From contig NC_135801.1 of the NCBI RefSeq assembly GCF_964213995.1, forward strand, positions 86,676,001-86,740,000: a stretch of 64,000 bases of DNA. Reading direction: 5' to 3'. Shown piece after piece: positions 50,341-62,450 of the stretch. Under the pieces are notes generated by a model. The model searched no databases, was not told the DNA's origin, and saw only the letters and a program-made list of their open reading frames with translations. Position 1 is the stretch's first letter; every line of letters begins with the position of its first letter. A program made the translations under genes and the position numbers. Source of the DNA: Mustelus asterias (taxonomy: Eukaryota).

Positions 50341-52699
50341 TATACACTAAGGTCTCTATTTTTATTGCTTCTGTCATTCTCTGATATGATAAACTAGAGG
50401 ATCTGGAACCAAAAAGCAGCTGAATATTACCATACCAAATCAAATGTTTATTCAGATGTAACACTCAATTGGTTATGCGACTGCTATTTTTGTTGCTGCA
50501 GTTATGGGTTACCAGTAGCAGGAGGAGTCAGGGCCAAAAGCAGTACAAAATGGGCCAGGAGCCTCTGGAGTGCTGCATGCTAGTGACCTCCTGCCACATT
50601 GCATGTCCGTCTATCAGCCAGGTGCCATTTCCTGTTGGCTTTGTATGGGAGTCTGAGAGGAGGTTGCAGATGAGGTAAATTTCTGGGGCCATTAACTGCT
50701 GATGTCAGGATGCTTGTTCGATTGTTGACTTCCTTTATAATCGGGTCCACTGTTAACGCACCCTTAGGGACTAAAATTTGGCCCACAGCTTAAAGTCCAA
50801 AACAGTGCAAAATCCATATATCTATGGAAACTATTAAGAATAATACACATATATTTCTGACATATAAAATAATGACAAGCTCAATGATGCAGTAGGAAGA
50901 GTAGACATAAAACCATTGTTAGTCTGGGTCAGGCAGCTGAGTTACTTGCCATCTACCCATCTGCCCCCAGTGTTATAGGTAATGGGCAAGGCCTAGGGTG
51001 GCATTAGCTGCCCTTTCCCCGATTGAGGCCCTAAAATGGATAATCAATGGACAATAAAGCACCACTTCCTGCCCTGGCTGGAAGTGATGCTTTTCAGCTG
51101 GCAAGAGGAGGCTGATGATGGGGGAAGGGGGGGGGGTGAGGGAAGCCTGGCAAGTTAGCATGTTCGGGACAATCCCCGTTGGCGTGAACGGCCGAAGAAT
51201 TCCAGCCGTTAGATAAATGCTAATTGTCCAAATCTTAAAGAATATCTTAGTGCCTAATGATTATGAATTCATCATCTAATTTTTGTAATGGATATATTCT
51301 CCTTCTATATGCCTGGCAGCCACTGTTTTCTGCTTATATTTTCTAACAGCATTATAAGAGTGATAATAATTCAATTTTCCAAATGTCCATGTGCATCATA
51401 CCATGAAATTTCAGAGAAGTTCTACTGGCAGAGGTTCCGTCGCAACTCTGGCAAGAGAGCATCGGATCCCCCATGGAATTTCAGGACCCAAATATCTTTT
51501 GAATCTCTACATTAAGTTTCACTGTACAGACATTTCCTCGACCATGTAGGCTATTACACTTGGGTTAAACACCCCTGCTATCTGTATCCAAGCCGCAGAG
51601 GCATTCACATTCATGGTAAATTTGAACTCATGAATAGTCTCAGATCATGCATTTCACTTTCAAAAGAGCAAAGAGGCTTTGATAAGCTTAGCATTTTTCC
51701 TCTCTAGTATCAAGTAATCATGTTACATCATGTTACATTTAATACCTGAATATTTTGTTCGCTAGTTCCTCCTGAGGTACAAATACAACAGATAACTTTT
51801 CATCAATCTTTATGTACAATCATATTTTAAAATATTTTGATAATTAGTATCGAGATTCACAAACACGATTAAATAATCAAGGGAAGAATTTTGTGTTTCT
51901 GGGAAAAAGAATTAACTCTTAATAAGCTTGTGAATGCTTTTATAAGCTCAAAGGAAGCTGTGATTATCCTGGATGAGAATGATATCGGCCACTGATCACA
52001 GTCTGGGTCAGATTCTCCTCTTAATAAGCCCAGTAATCTGGTTCATCTGGACAAAGCATAGAGTAAGTCATTGTGCAGGGGGATTGTACACCCTTAACTT
52101 AAACAGATGGTAAGTCACGTAGGTTACATAGCACACAAGAAATCCTTCCTACTTGGTTGTCTCCTATGCACAGCACTCAGGCAATCCATTACTCCCAAGA
52201 ACAGAGAGGGGGATATCTACCCCATCAGGGCCCATTCTCGAACACTAACATAGAAATACTTAGTAAAGCTTCTGAAGAGCTTCTCTACACTACACAAAGG
52301 CTCCACTAAAACAGTGAAAAAGAGGACTATCATGTATTCATGTGGTAACATCCTACAATATCCCTTTCAAGCATAAGGGACACTGCACAATCATTCAAAA
52401 TAATGCATAGATCAGAATGTCCCCCGTTGCAATTATTGTAATGAAAAGTAGCCTTTGTAAAATGAAGCAATAAGGCATGGCTGTCACATGTAGATTTGTA
52501 ACTAGTGGAGTCTGATATCGGATCTGCCAACTGTTGAGTTATGTAGAAGAGTCATATGGACTCAAATGTTAACTCTGTTTCTCTCTCCATAGATGTTGCC
52601 AGATCTGCTGAGTTTTTCCACCAGTATCTGTTTCTTTTTACAAATTTACAGCTGTCCAACACAGATCATATTCTATAGATGGTGTGTGAAGTATTACAT

Positions 52700-53265
52700 A
52701 AAAGAAGAAGAGGGAAAGAGTTGTTGGCCCTTCAAGCCTGTTCCATATTATCATGTGAAACTCATTTATACCATGGCCCCCATTTCTCCAAGCCTCCACT
52801 TACCACTAACCAGTAAATGCCCATGGCCAATTGAGTGCAAAGGCTCTGAAAGGTTCCTTTCCAATCTCCAATAGATGATAAAGCAAGTTTCACAAGACCA
52901 TGGTGACTGAGACAAATCCTTCACTGCTTCACCGACTTTTCATCGTCTGTGAAGTCAGAGTTAAGGGCTTTGCCCGCTCTGTTTAAAGCAAACCTGCACA
53001 CTCTGCACAGCTGGCAACTACTATAAGTCACAAATCTCTGAAAAGATGTATCATTTTCAAGTCTCGCCGAATTCTATGTTTAGACCTGTCTTCCCTATCC
53101 TGTTTAATTGAAATAACCTATCCACATGGACCAAATGTAACTTTCACATGGACTGAGTCTAATCTTTGCCATAAGTTTAAAGGCCTCAATAAGATCTCCT
53201 CAGAGTCTTTGCTTTTCTACAGTGAAAAGCCCAGCACTCTAAGACCATCGCAGTAACTTTATGAG
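52700..53265 (-). mobile_element. Very old CR1 3' fragment
   Basis: Minus strand LRVLGFSL*KSKDSEEILLRP resembles L.LFSLE.RRLRGDLIE; tail-like ggcccttcaagcctgttcc. Confidence 0.55.
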
Positions 53266-53364
53266 CAAGTAGCTTGCTGAGCACAGGCAATATTTATTTT
53301 GTTACGATCTCCGTAGAGACCAATAACTTTTAAAGAGAAATTCCTACTTCCAGTTATTAGCTGA

Positions 53365-54112
53365 AAGAAAGGCAAACAACAAGAGCAGGTCAAAGGCTAG
53401 GAATTCTGTGGCAAATAATTCACCTCCTGACACGCCAAATTCTGTCCACCGCTTACAAGCACAAGTGTGATGGAATACTCTCCACTTGCCTGGATGAGTG
53501 TAGCTCCAACACAACTCAAGAATCTCAACATGATCCAGGAAAAAGCAGTCCATTTGATTGCTACCCAACCCACGACATTCAGCATTCACTTTCTAGATGA
53601 CTGATGCACAGTGGCAGCAGGGTGCACCATCTACAAGATGCACTGAAGCAATTCACCGAGGCTCCTTGTACAGTACCTTCCAAACCCACAACCTCTACCA
53701 TCCCAAAGAACAAGGAAGCAGATGCATGGGATCATCATCAGCTGAAAGTTCCCCTCCAAACCACATACCATCCTGATTTGGAACTATGACCACAATTCTC
53801 TGGCTATTCACGCTGGTCCTGGTGGTGGGCACCCCCTGCCGCGGGTTTCCCGATGGCATGGCATGGCTTCAATAAGAATTCCCATTAACAGCGGTGGACC
53901 AGAGGTTCTGACTGCCAGTGAATGGCATGCTGCCTCTGCCACTGGAATAAACACTGAGGGGAGGCCAGAGAATTTCACCCTATATTGCCTTTCCCTCACT
54001 GTCGCTGGGTCAAAAGCCTGGAACTTCCTACCTAACAGCATTGTAGGTGTACCTGCAGCTCATCGTCATCCTCTTAATGCCAACATCCCATGAACGAATA
54101 ATTTTTAAAAAA
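53365..54112 (+). mobile_element. LINE family 2 3' fragment containing a MITE (53788-53980, TSD TAT)
   Basis: Similar to 1880-2460; MITE gaccacaattctctgg...ccagagaatttcaccc is flanked by TAT on both sides. Confidence 0.85.
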
Positions 54113-54443
54113 CATCATGTTTTCAAACTTTTACTGTAACAACTGCAAATAAAACTATCAACTAAACTCTAATTTCTGTTTATAATTTATACTTCAAATT
54201 ACGAAAGAGAATGTGCACCTTTCTACTTTTAATGATAACCTAAAACTTTATATTTTGTGATGTCATTTGATCCAATTCTCCTGGAACCAAAACAAAGTGA
54301 TTTGCAGCGCCCATCCTTCTGCTTTATTTTGTTCCCAACAACATCTTCCACAATTTCATTTTCCATGGACATTCTCCCTCTAGTTCCAGTGAGACAAATC
54401 CTCCAGCCTCGTTTCAACTCCTCACAAACTCTGTCTTCAAACT

Positions 54444-55100
54444 GGAATGTGTTGCCGGGCAAGGTGGTGGAGGCGGACACACTGGGAACGTTTAAGACTT
54501 ATCTAGACAGCTATATGAATGGAGTGGGAATGGAGGGATACAAAAGAGTGGTCTAGTTTGGACCAGGGAGCGGCGCGGGCTAATTGTTCCTTGTTTCTCT
54601 TTTCAAGGCTTCATTCTATGATCATCTTGCTGGTGCCAGTACAGAGCGAGACTGCGGATAGTTGGGAACCTGTCTCGGGGGCAGGGAATTCATATGGTGT
54701 TCGTGGAAGTGGAAATGACTAGGGTTGGGAAGCATTTTCCGATCAGGGCCAGTGTGATCTCCTGGACTCGTTTCGATCGCCTCAGGGGGTCGGAGAGGAA
54801 TTTCCCAGATTTTTTTTCCCCATATTGGCCCTGGGGCTTTCACTCTGGGTTTTCGCCTCTCCCTGGAGATCACATGGTCTGGAATGGGGGGGTGGGGGTG
54901 AGTTAATAGGTTGTGATGAACAAAGCATCGTAGCTGTGAGGGACAGCTCGGTGGATAGGATATTGGTATGTAGATAGGCTGGAAAATTGGGCGGGGATCC
55001 TGGATTCAGGATTCAATCCTGGACCGGGGAGCGGCGCGGGCTTGGAGGGCCGAAGGGCCTGTTCCTGTGCTGTATTGTTCTTTGTTCTTTGTTGTTCTTT
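54444..55100 (+). mobile_element. CR1 3' end with extended 3' UTR
   Basis: WNVLPGKVVEADTLGTFKTYLDSYM; tail gggccgaagggcctgttcctgtgctgtattg(ttctttg)n. Confidence 0.88.
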
Positions 55101-56049
55101 GAGTGTGAGCTTCCATCCGCAATTCACACGGTGAACAATAGAATCAGCAATTTCTCTGCTAATGCTGCCAACCTGGCTGGCTCTATTTCTTTGCTCTCCT
55201 CTGCTCAGTTAGCTACAGATTCTATAAGGCCAAGCAGCAACCCCCGTCCATCAATAACATGCTTGGGTTTAAAGGAAAGCCCGCGCTACCTGCCCCAAAA
55301 TAGCTTGCTCCAACATCTTTCCCATGGCACGGGGAAACACAATGGGAGCGACCTTCCCAGCTGTGATGCCTGGAGCGAGGTCAGAGAATTTGCCACCCAG
55401 ATAAATCTCCGTTCACTGCAGCGGGATGGGAAAATTCTGCCGTAACATTCCGGCCATTAAGTTTGCAGCTAAGTAGAAATATTAATCAGTTCTCTTCGAT
55501 CGCAACTGCCTTTCATCTTAGAAGTAATGGGACAGGTTTGAGCACAAAAGTTGACAACCTGATATCTGGGGCTTTGGGAGACTTAGGGTCTCCTCATTGT
55601 AAAGTTAGAAAGAGCTGTCATTGTCTCCAGGTGTAAATACCTTGCACCTCCCTCTCAAAATAATTTGGGTCTCATCGATCCCTAACAATTAGATCACCCA
55701 AGCTTACCATCAGGCAGACTCCAACACAGGTCACACATCCATTTCCTCTACCTAAATCTAAAGGTACAGACCCAAAGTAGAAGACTCTTATAAATCAAAA
55801 AGTGTAATTCTAAAAGATAGTAGTCTTATAAATCTCACAATTTTAACTCCTCACAAACTCTGTCTTCAAACTGAGTGTGAGCTCCCATCCACATTCCACA
55901 CGGTGAATGATAGAGGCATCATTTTCTCTGCTCATACTGCAGCCTGGCTGACTCTATTACTTTCATTCTCCTCCCCTCACCTTAAACACCCTCGGGTAAA
56001 TTGAGTCAGAGCCAGATCCCTGATATATTTTCATATCCCCTTATTGTAG

Positions 56050-56363
56050 CCAGTGGCACAGTGGTTAGCCCTGCTGCCTCACAGCGCCAGGGGACCTGGG
56101 TTTGATTCCCGGCTTGAGTCGCTGTCTGTGTGGAATCTGTACATTCACCCCGTGTCTGCATGGGTTTCCTCCGGGTACTCCGGTTCCCTCCCACACTCCA
56201 AAGGTGTGCGGGTTAGGTTGAATGGCCATGCTAAATTGACCCTAGTTTTGGGGTGATTAACAGGGTAAATATGTGGGATTATGGGGATAGGGTGGGATTG
56301 TTGTCGATGCAGGCTCAATGGGCCAAATAGCCTCCTTCTGTACTGCACGGATTCTATTCTATG
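56050..56363 (+). mobile_element. HE1-like V-SINE, CR1-type tail
   Basis: A/B boxes and V-domain; ends ggattctattctatg. Confidence 0.9.
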
Positions 56364-56369
56364 AATGAT

Positions 56370-57040
56370 ATCTCAGTATCCATTTTGATACTTATAACTG
56401 TGTATCAACTCTCAATTGCTAACTCAGTTTCATCTTCTGCTTGTGTCTGATTTGTCCTTGCGCAGGGCCTGTCGGCCCACTTGACTATATTTTACCCGTC
56501 TGTTAACTCGCGGGATATGCGACTTTCTTTTGCAATAGGATAGCTTGGAAAATATTCCATTTTTTTCAAAATTGGCAATGTTTCCAATTGTACGGCTGCC
56601 CAAATAACCTGGCTCAAGCCATCTGTCATCTTTGCAAATCTAACCTTCATGAAATCTGGTACTAAAGCAGCATTACATTTTCAGCTCCTTTGATTTGGCT
56701 TATCCAGTTAAATCTAATACCATTATTGTCACAGTTGGCAGGTGTTCTCCCACATGTAGGTCTGGTGCTGCTTCAGGGTTACTGCTAATTTCTAAATTGC
56801 TAGCTTGTTCCTGACCATGTGGTATATACAGAAATATTCATCTAGTATATCTACCTATCTTTCATTTGTCTTGTCCTCAACACTTGATGGATTACCATCA
56901 GACCATTGAATGCCTGGGAAATTAAAACCCCCACTACACACATACACTGCTTTAGTTGCCCTTGGAATTCGTTGCCAGGCTGCATCAACATGACTTCTTC
57001 AACCTGGGGACCTATAACAGATGCCCCGGTTTCAGTATAC
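56370..57040 (-). mobile_element. Very old CR1 endonuclease-region remnant
   Basis: Minus strand GICYRSP, VCVVG..NFPGIQW, VGEHL. Confidence 0.55.
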
Positions 57041-57434
57041 CTGTTACTGTACCTGAATTACTAACACCACTCCAGGTATTGGAAAAGAAAACTGGCTTGG
57101 TTCATATAAGGATAATATTTGAACTTTGAAATGCAATAAAATTATATTATGCTTACATAAGAAACATGCTTTCCCTGTCGATGATATAACTGAGCTGCTG
57201 AGGATTTTTTGTTTAATGAGATATATTTCTAAAAATCCATTACAATAACTCAGGTAGCACAAATGTCACATTCACAAATGATTGGAGTTTTGTACACGAT
57301 ATAACTGAAAGATCTAATTACTGCAGAAAAGAAATGACGAATAAATATCAGCAACATTTTCACCATTAGCAAGAAATGAACAGGTATAAATGAAGATTAT
57401 AAAGGGTTTGAACAGTAGACAGGTGCATGTGACT

Positions 57435-57522
57435 TGTTACATTACAAAAGTGACTGTACAAGTGGCTGTGAAGCACTATGAGATATCTTGTGGTTGTGAC
57501 AGGTGCTATATAAATGCAGGGT
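57435..57522 (+). mobile_element. DeuSINE/L2-type 3' tail fragment
   Basis: tacattacaaaagtgact...ggctgtgaagcac...ggtgctatataaatgcag. Confidence 0.6.
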
Positions 57523-58944
57523 TTTTTTTGCTTATGAATAGCTTTTACTTTCAGTTACTGGCCCAGAGAATTGGAGAGTCTGTAATTGGCAGGTTTGGGA
57601 AAAGTGTCTGGGCTCTTACAAGTGACTAACTCGATATTTAAAATATATTCTATGTGCATTTTATCATCCAACAGTCTCATTACTTAGCATAGCCTTCTTG
57701 CCCTCATTGATTTCAAATTCTTGGTTAATATGTCACCAATTTAAAGTTTGGAACATAAATTATATATTTCTAATCTTATATAACTTGTTTTCTTGACAGA
57801 CTTAGTTCCTATGAAGTGTATTGTTGGAGGCACATGCATTTGGACACTTAACAAAAATATATACTGCACTTACCCATGCTAATCTTCCCCAGTTAATCAG
57901 GCTTAAGTAAAATACCCTTGAGCACTGAAGTCTATCTATAGAGCCTGAAAAATGATGATAGCAATTGCTAAACCTCATTCAAGATTCGACAAAAACATAC
58001 AGATGAGAAAATTTGAAGATTTGAATGTGACTAACACAGAAAGAATAGCTTAATGTTTCAAAATATTTGTAAGGAACTTAAGTGATTCCAGATTGAAAGC
58101 AAGGAAATTCTGTGAGTTTGTGCCAAGCACTGCATGTTTGTTTAATCTCCCTGTAGGACCTTGAATTTAAAATGTGTGCGAATCCAGGTTCTCAAATAAT
58201 TACATTATTTACATCATTAAACAAATGAGAGACATTACTTGATGAGCAGTAATTCTGAAATGGATAGCTTGACAAGTACTATCACCTAAAGGCAAGCTAT
58301 AGTAAAATTTGTAATAAGTGCATTTTTATTGCAAAGTCTCTGCGTTATGTGTCCGATTGACAGCTTAGCATGAAAAACCCATCAAACATATAAATTGCTT
58401 TGGGGAACCCATAGGGAAAGGAAACCTTCTCGTGTCCAAATATAATTTTATAAGTACTGTACCTCAGTCAACTGACTGTTTGACACAGTTCACTGGTCTA
58501 AAGTGTCAGATTTGAAACAGATGTATTTTCTGTTTGTGTCTCAGTATCTCAGCAATTGTCTAATCTTGTTCAAAGGCAAGGCAGGATTTTTGAGTAAGGA
58601 CACATGATTAATCATTACATTACATTAATCTGTGAACTTAAACATTTTCTCTTTACACTTCTATTTTTTTCTCTCTCATGTCACTTGGCTGAAGTACGAT
58701 TATACTGATAAATACCTTGGGGGGAGATGGACACCATTGAGGCTGCGGGAATGGTGTACTGTAAGGTTTTAGCACAAATTTAGGAACAGTTGACCTTGTT
58801 GGATCTTCTGGAATTGGCCAATTTAACCGTTCAAAAATGAGCTACGTAAAGACATCAGGTCTACTATTAAGAGCTTATTGAACGCAAAAGGAGATCTGCT
58901 AAAGCATTAATGTTTAAAGGGCTATAGGCCAGAATAAAAGAGGC

Positions 58945-59440
58945 AGAACCATAGAACCATCAAACAGTTACAACAATAAAGGAGGCCATACAGCCCATCT
59001 TGTCTATGCCAGCCTGAGGACACGCAGGTGCCCTTTCTAATCTCACCTTCCTCCACCTGTAGCTTAAAGCACTTAAGGTGCAGATCCAGGTACTTTTTAA
59101 AAGAGTTTAGGGTCTCTGCCTGCACCACCAACTCAAGCAGCGAATTGCAAGCACCCACAACTCTTTTGTAAAAAGGTTCTTGCTCAAGTCCCCTCTATTC
59201 CTACTGCCACTTATCTTGAATCTATGCCCCCTCGTTCTAGAATTCTCCACCAAGGGAAACAAGTTTATCCAGTCCACTCTATCTCTTCCCCTCATAATTT
59301 TGTACACCTCTATCAAGTTACCCTTCAGCCTTCTTTGTTCCAAGGAAAATAACCCCAACCTAAGCAATTTCTCCTCGTAACCACACTTTTCTAGTCCTGG
59401 CAGCATTCTTGTAAACCTCCTCTGCACTCTTTGCAGACCA
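58945..59440 (-). mobile_element. CR1 3' fragment
   Basis: LQRVQRRFTRMLPGL...LGLFSLEQRRLKGNLIEVYKIM...TRGHRFKI. Confidence 0.92.
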
Positions 59441-59705
59441 ATTGAAGTATGGCCACTCAAAGGCAAAGAAATATCCAAAATGTGTGTTTGTAAGTCTGCA
59501 ATGATGCATGTCTTGCTTTGCATTCTTTGATATGGAAGTTTTGGTAAAGGATGGTGGTCAACCTTCCCAAAAGGTGTAGAATTCAAAGTCATGTATTAGC
59601 CTTCTCAAAGATCAAGTGGAGGAATAGAAGGCGGTTGTGAATACCAGTGGACAGCAAAACAAAAGAAAAGCCAGCAAATAGACAGGCAAACTACACTCCA
59701 GCAGA

Positions 59706-59882
59706 TAAGAGCAAAATACTGCGGAGGCTGGAATCGGAAACAAAAACAGAAAATGCTGGAAAATCTCAGCAGGTTTGACAGTAGCTGTGAGGAGAGAATA
59801 GAGCCAATATTTTGAGTCCAGATGACCCTTCGTCAGAGATCTGCGAAAGGGTCATCTAGACTCGAAATGTTGGCTCTTTCCT
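59706..59882. mobile_element. 177-bp Penelope-like insertion with palindromic hammerhead-like core and 14-bp TSD
   Basis: tacactccagcaga at 59692-59705 and 59883-59896; inverted repeat 59800-59877. Confidence 0.8.
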
Positions 59883-60025
59883 TACACTCCAGCAGAGAGC
59901 TGGTAGGTGATAGAGAGAAAGCACCCGCTGTCTACCCAGCCTTGTTAGCAGAAGGCCCAGACCTCATTCCTCCAGACAGCTAACCATGTCAAATGGGTCT
60001 GCAGCCAGTCAGGTCTGGGGCTGAA

Positions 60026-60582
60026 ATGCACTCAACAAACTCCCACATTTTGCTGGGACAACAAATCACCAACACTGCCATGTCTGTCATTTTTTAATTG
60101 ATTAGTTAACTAGTTTGGTTAAGTTAAGTAACAGCAACTTACAGTCTCTTCAGATGTCAGTGCATCAGTTGGTAAGGACTGTGGATGGAGATACCAGACA
60201 TTATGAAATACAGGGTGTAAAAATACCAAACAGTACCAAATACATGTTAAGGGATCCACGTGTAGTTGCCACACATTTACTGGTGGTGAAAGAAATGACC
60301 TGAGACACTGTTACAATAGCTCACTCTGGGCAGAATTTTCCAGACCCATCATGGGAAATGCGGTGGACCAACTAAATCTTCCATAGGACTGGAAGATCCC
60401 GCTGGCAGGAGGGGCTGGCACGGTTCACACACAACCTTCAATAAATATTGATTGCCTACTGATACATTGACATCTCAAGTTGCTAACTACTTAACTAGTT
60501 AACTAATCAATTAAAAAATGACAGACATGGCAGTGTTGGTGATTTGTTATCCCAACAAAATGTGAGAGTTTGTTGAGTGCAT
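60026..60582. repeat. Inverted repeat, arms about 60026-60140 and 60477-60582
   Basis: atgcactcaacaaactcccacattttg...aattgattagttaactagtt and its near-exact reverse complement. Confidence 0.9.
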
Positions 60583-62450
60583 CTTTAAAAATTCATTCAT
60601 GGGACATGGGCGTCGCTGGCTGGCCAGCATTTATTGCCCATCTCTAGTTGCCCTTGAGAAGGTGGTGGTGAGCTGCCTTCTTGAATCACTGCAGTCCATG
60701 CTCTGTGGGTTGACCCACAATGCCATTAGGGAAGGAATTCCAGGATTTTGACCCAGCGACTGCGAAGGAATGGCGATATATTTCCAAGTCAGGATGGTGA
60801 GTGGCTTGGAGGGGAACTTGCATGTAGAGTCATAGAATCATAGAGGTTTACAGCATGGAAACAGGCCCTTTGGCCCAACTTGTCCATGCCGCCTTTTAAA
60901 AAAAAAATCTCTAAGCTGCAATCCCAATTGCCTGCATTTGGCCCGTATCCCTCTATACCCATTGTACCCATGTAACTATCTAAATGCTTTTTAAAAGACA
61001 AAATTGTACCCGCCTCTACTACTACCTCTGGCAGCTTGTTCCAGACACTCACCACCCTGTGCGTGAAAAAATTGCCCCTTTGGACTCTTTTGCATCTCTC
61101 CCCTCTCACCTTAAACCTATGCCCTCTAGTTTTAGTCTCTCCTACCTTTGGGAAAAGATATTGACTATCTAGCTGATCTATGGCCCTCATTATTTTATAG
61201 ACCTCTATAAGATCGCCCCTCAGCCTCCTACTCTCCAGAGAAAAAAGTCCCAGTCTATCCTTATAACTCAATCCATCAAGTCCCGGTAGCATCCAAGTAA
61301 ATCTTTTCTACACTTTTTCTAGTTTAATAATATCCTTTCTATAATAGGGTGACCAGAATTGCACACAGTATTCCAAGTGTGGCCTTACCAATGTCGTGTT
61401 CAACTTCAACAAGACATTCCAACTCCTGTATTCAATGTTCTGACCAATGAAACCAAGCATGCCGAATGCCTTCTTCACCACTCTGTCCACCTGTGACTCC
61501 ACTTTCAAGAACATATACCCTTAGATCTCTTTGTTCTGTAACTCTCCCCAACACCCTACCATTAACTGAGTACGTCCTGCCCTGGTTCAATCTACCAAAA
61601 TGCATCACCTTGCATTTGTCTAAATTAAACTCCATCTGCCATTCGTCAGCCCACTGGCCCAATTGATCAAGATCCCATTGCAATTGGAGATAACTTTCTT
61701 CACTGTCCGCTATGCCACCAATCTTAGTGTCATCTGCAAACTTACTAACCATGCCTCCTATATTCTCATCCAAATCATTAATATAAATGACAAATAATAG
61801 TGGACCCAGCACTGATCCCTGAGGCACACCGCTGGTCATAGGCCTCCAGTTTGAAAAACAACTCTCTACAACCACCCTCTGCCTTCTTCAAGAAGCCAAT
61901 TTTGTATCCATTTAGATACCTCACCCTGAGGTATTGTTCCCATGTATCTGCTGCCCATGACCTTCTAAATGGAAGTGGTCATGGGTTTGGAAGGTGCTAT
62001 CTAAGGATCTTTGGTGAATTGCTGCAGTGCATCTTGTAGAAAGTACACACTGCTGCTACTGAGTGTCAGTGGTGGAGGGATTGAATGTTTGTAGATGTGG
62101 TGCCAATCAAGCGGGCTGCTTTGTCCTGGATGGTGTCAAGCTTCTTGAGTGTTGTTGGAGCTGCACCATGCAGGCAAGTGGGGAGTATTCCATCACACTC
62201 CTGACTTGTGCCTTGTAGATGGTGGATAGGCTTTGAGGAGTCAAGAGGTGTGTTACGCGCCACAGTATTCCTAGCCTCTGACCTGCTCTTGTAGCCACTG
62301 TATTGATGTGGTGAGTCCAGTTGAGTTTCTGGTCAATGGTAACCCCAAGCACGTTGACAGTGAGAGATTCAGTGATGGGAACACCATTGAATGTCAAGAG
62401 GCAGTGGTTAGAGTGTCTCTTATTGGTGATGGTCATTGCCTGGCATTTGT
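60583..62450 (-). mobile_element. LINE family 2 3' fragment (60583-60822 plus 61930-62450) split by a CR1
   Basis: LGVTIDQKLNWTHHINTVATRAGQRLGIL...YKAQVRSVMEYSP; family tail at 60590-60650. Confidence 0.9.
60823..61929 (-). mobile_element. CR1 RT and tail
   Basis: [49 protein letters not shown]; tail (tatgactc)n. Confidence 0.95.

Noticed and set aside
51400-51530. CpG-containing island as a coding exon
   Set aside because: Stops in all minus-strand frames and no clean splice pair on plus; possibly a conserved non-coding element, which I cannot test here
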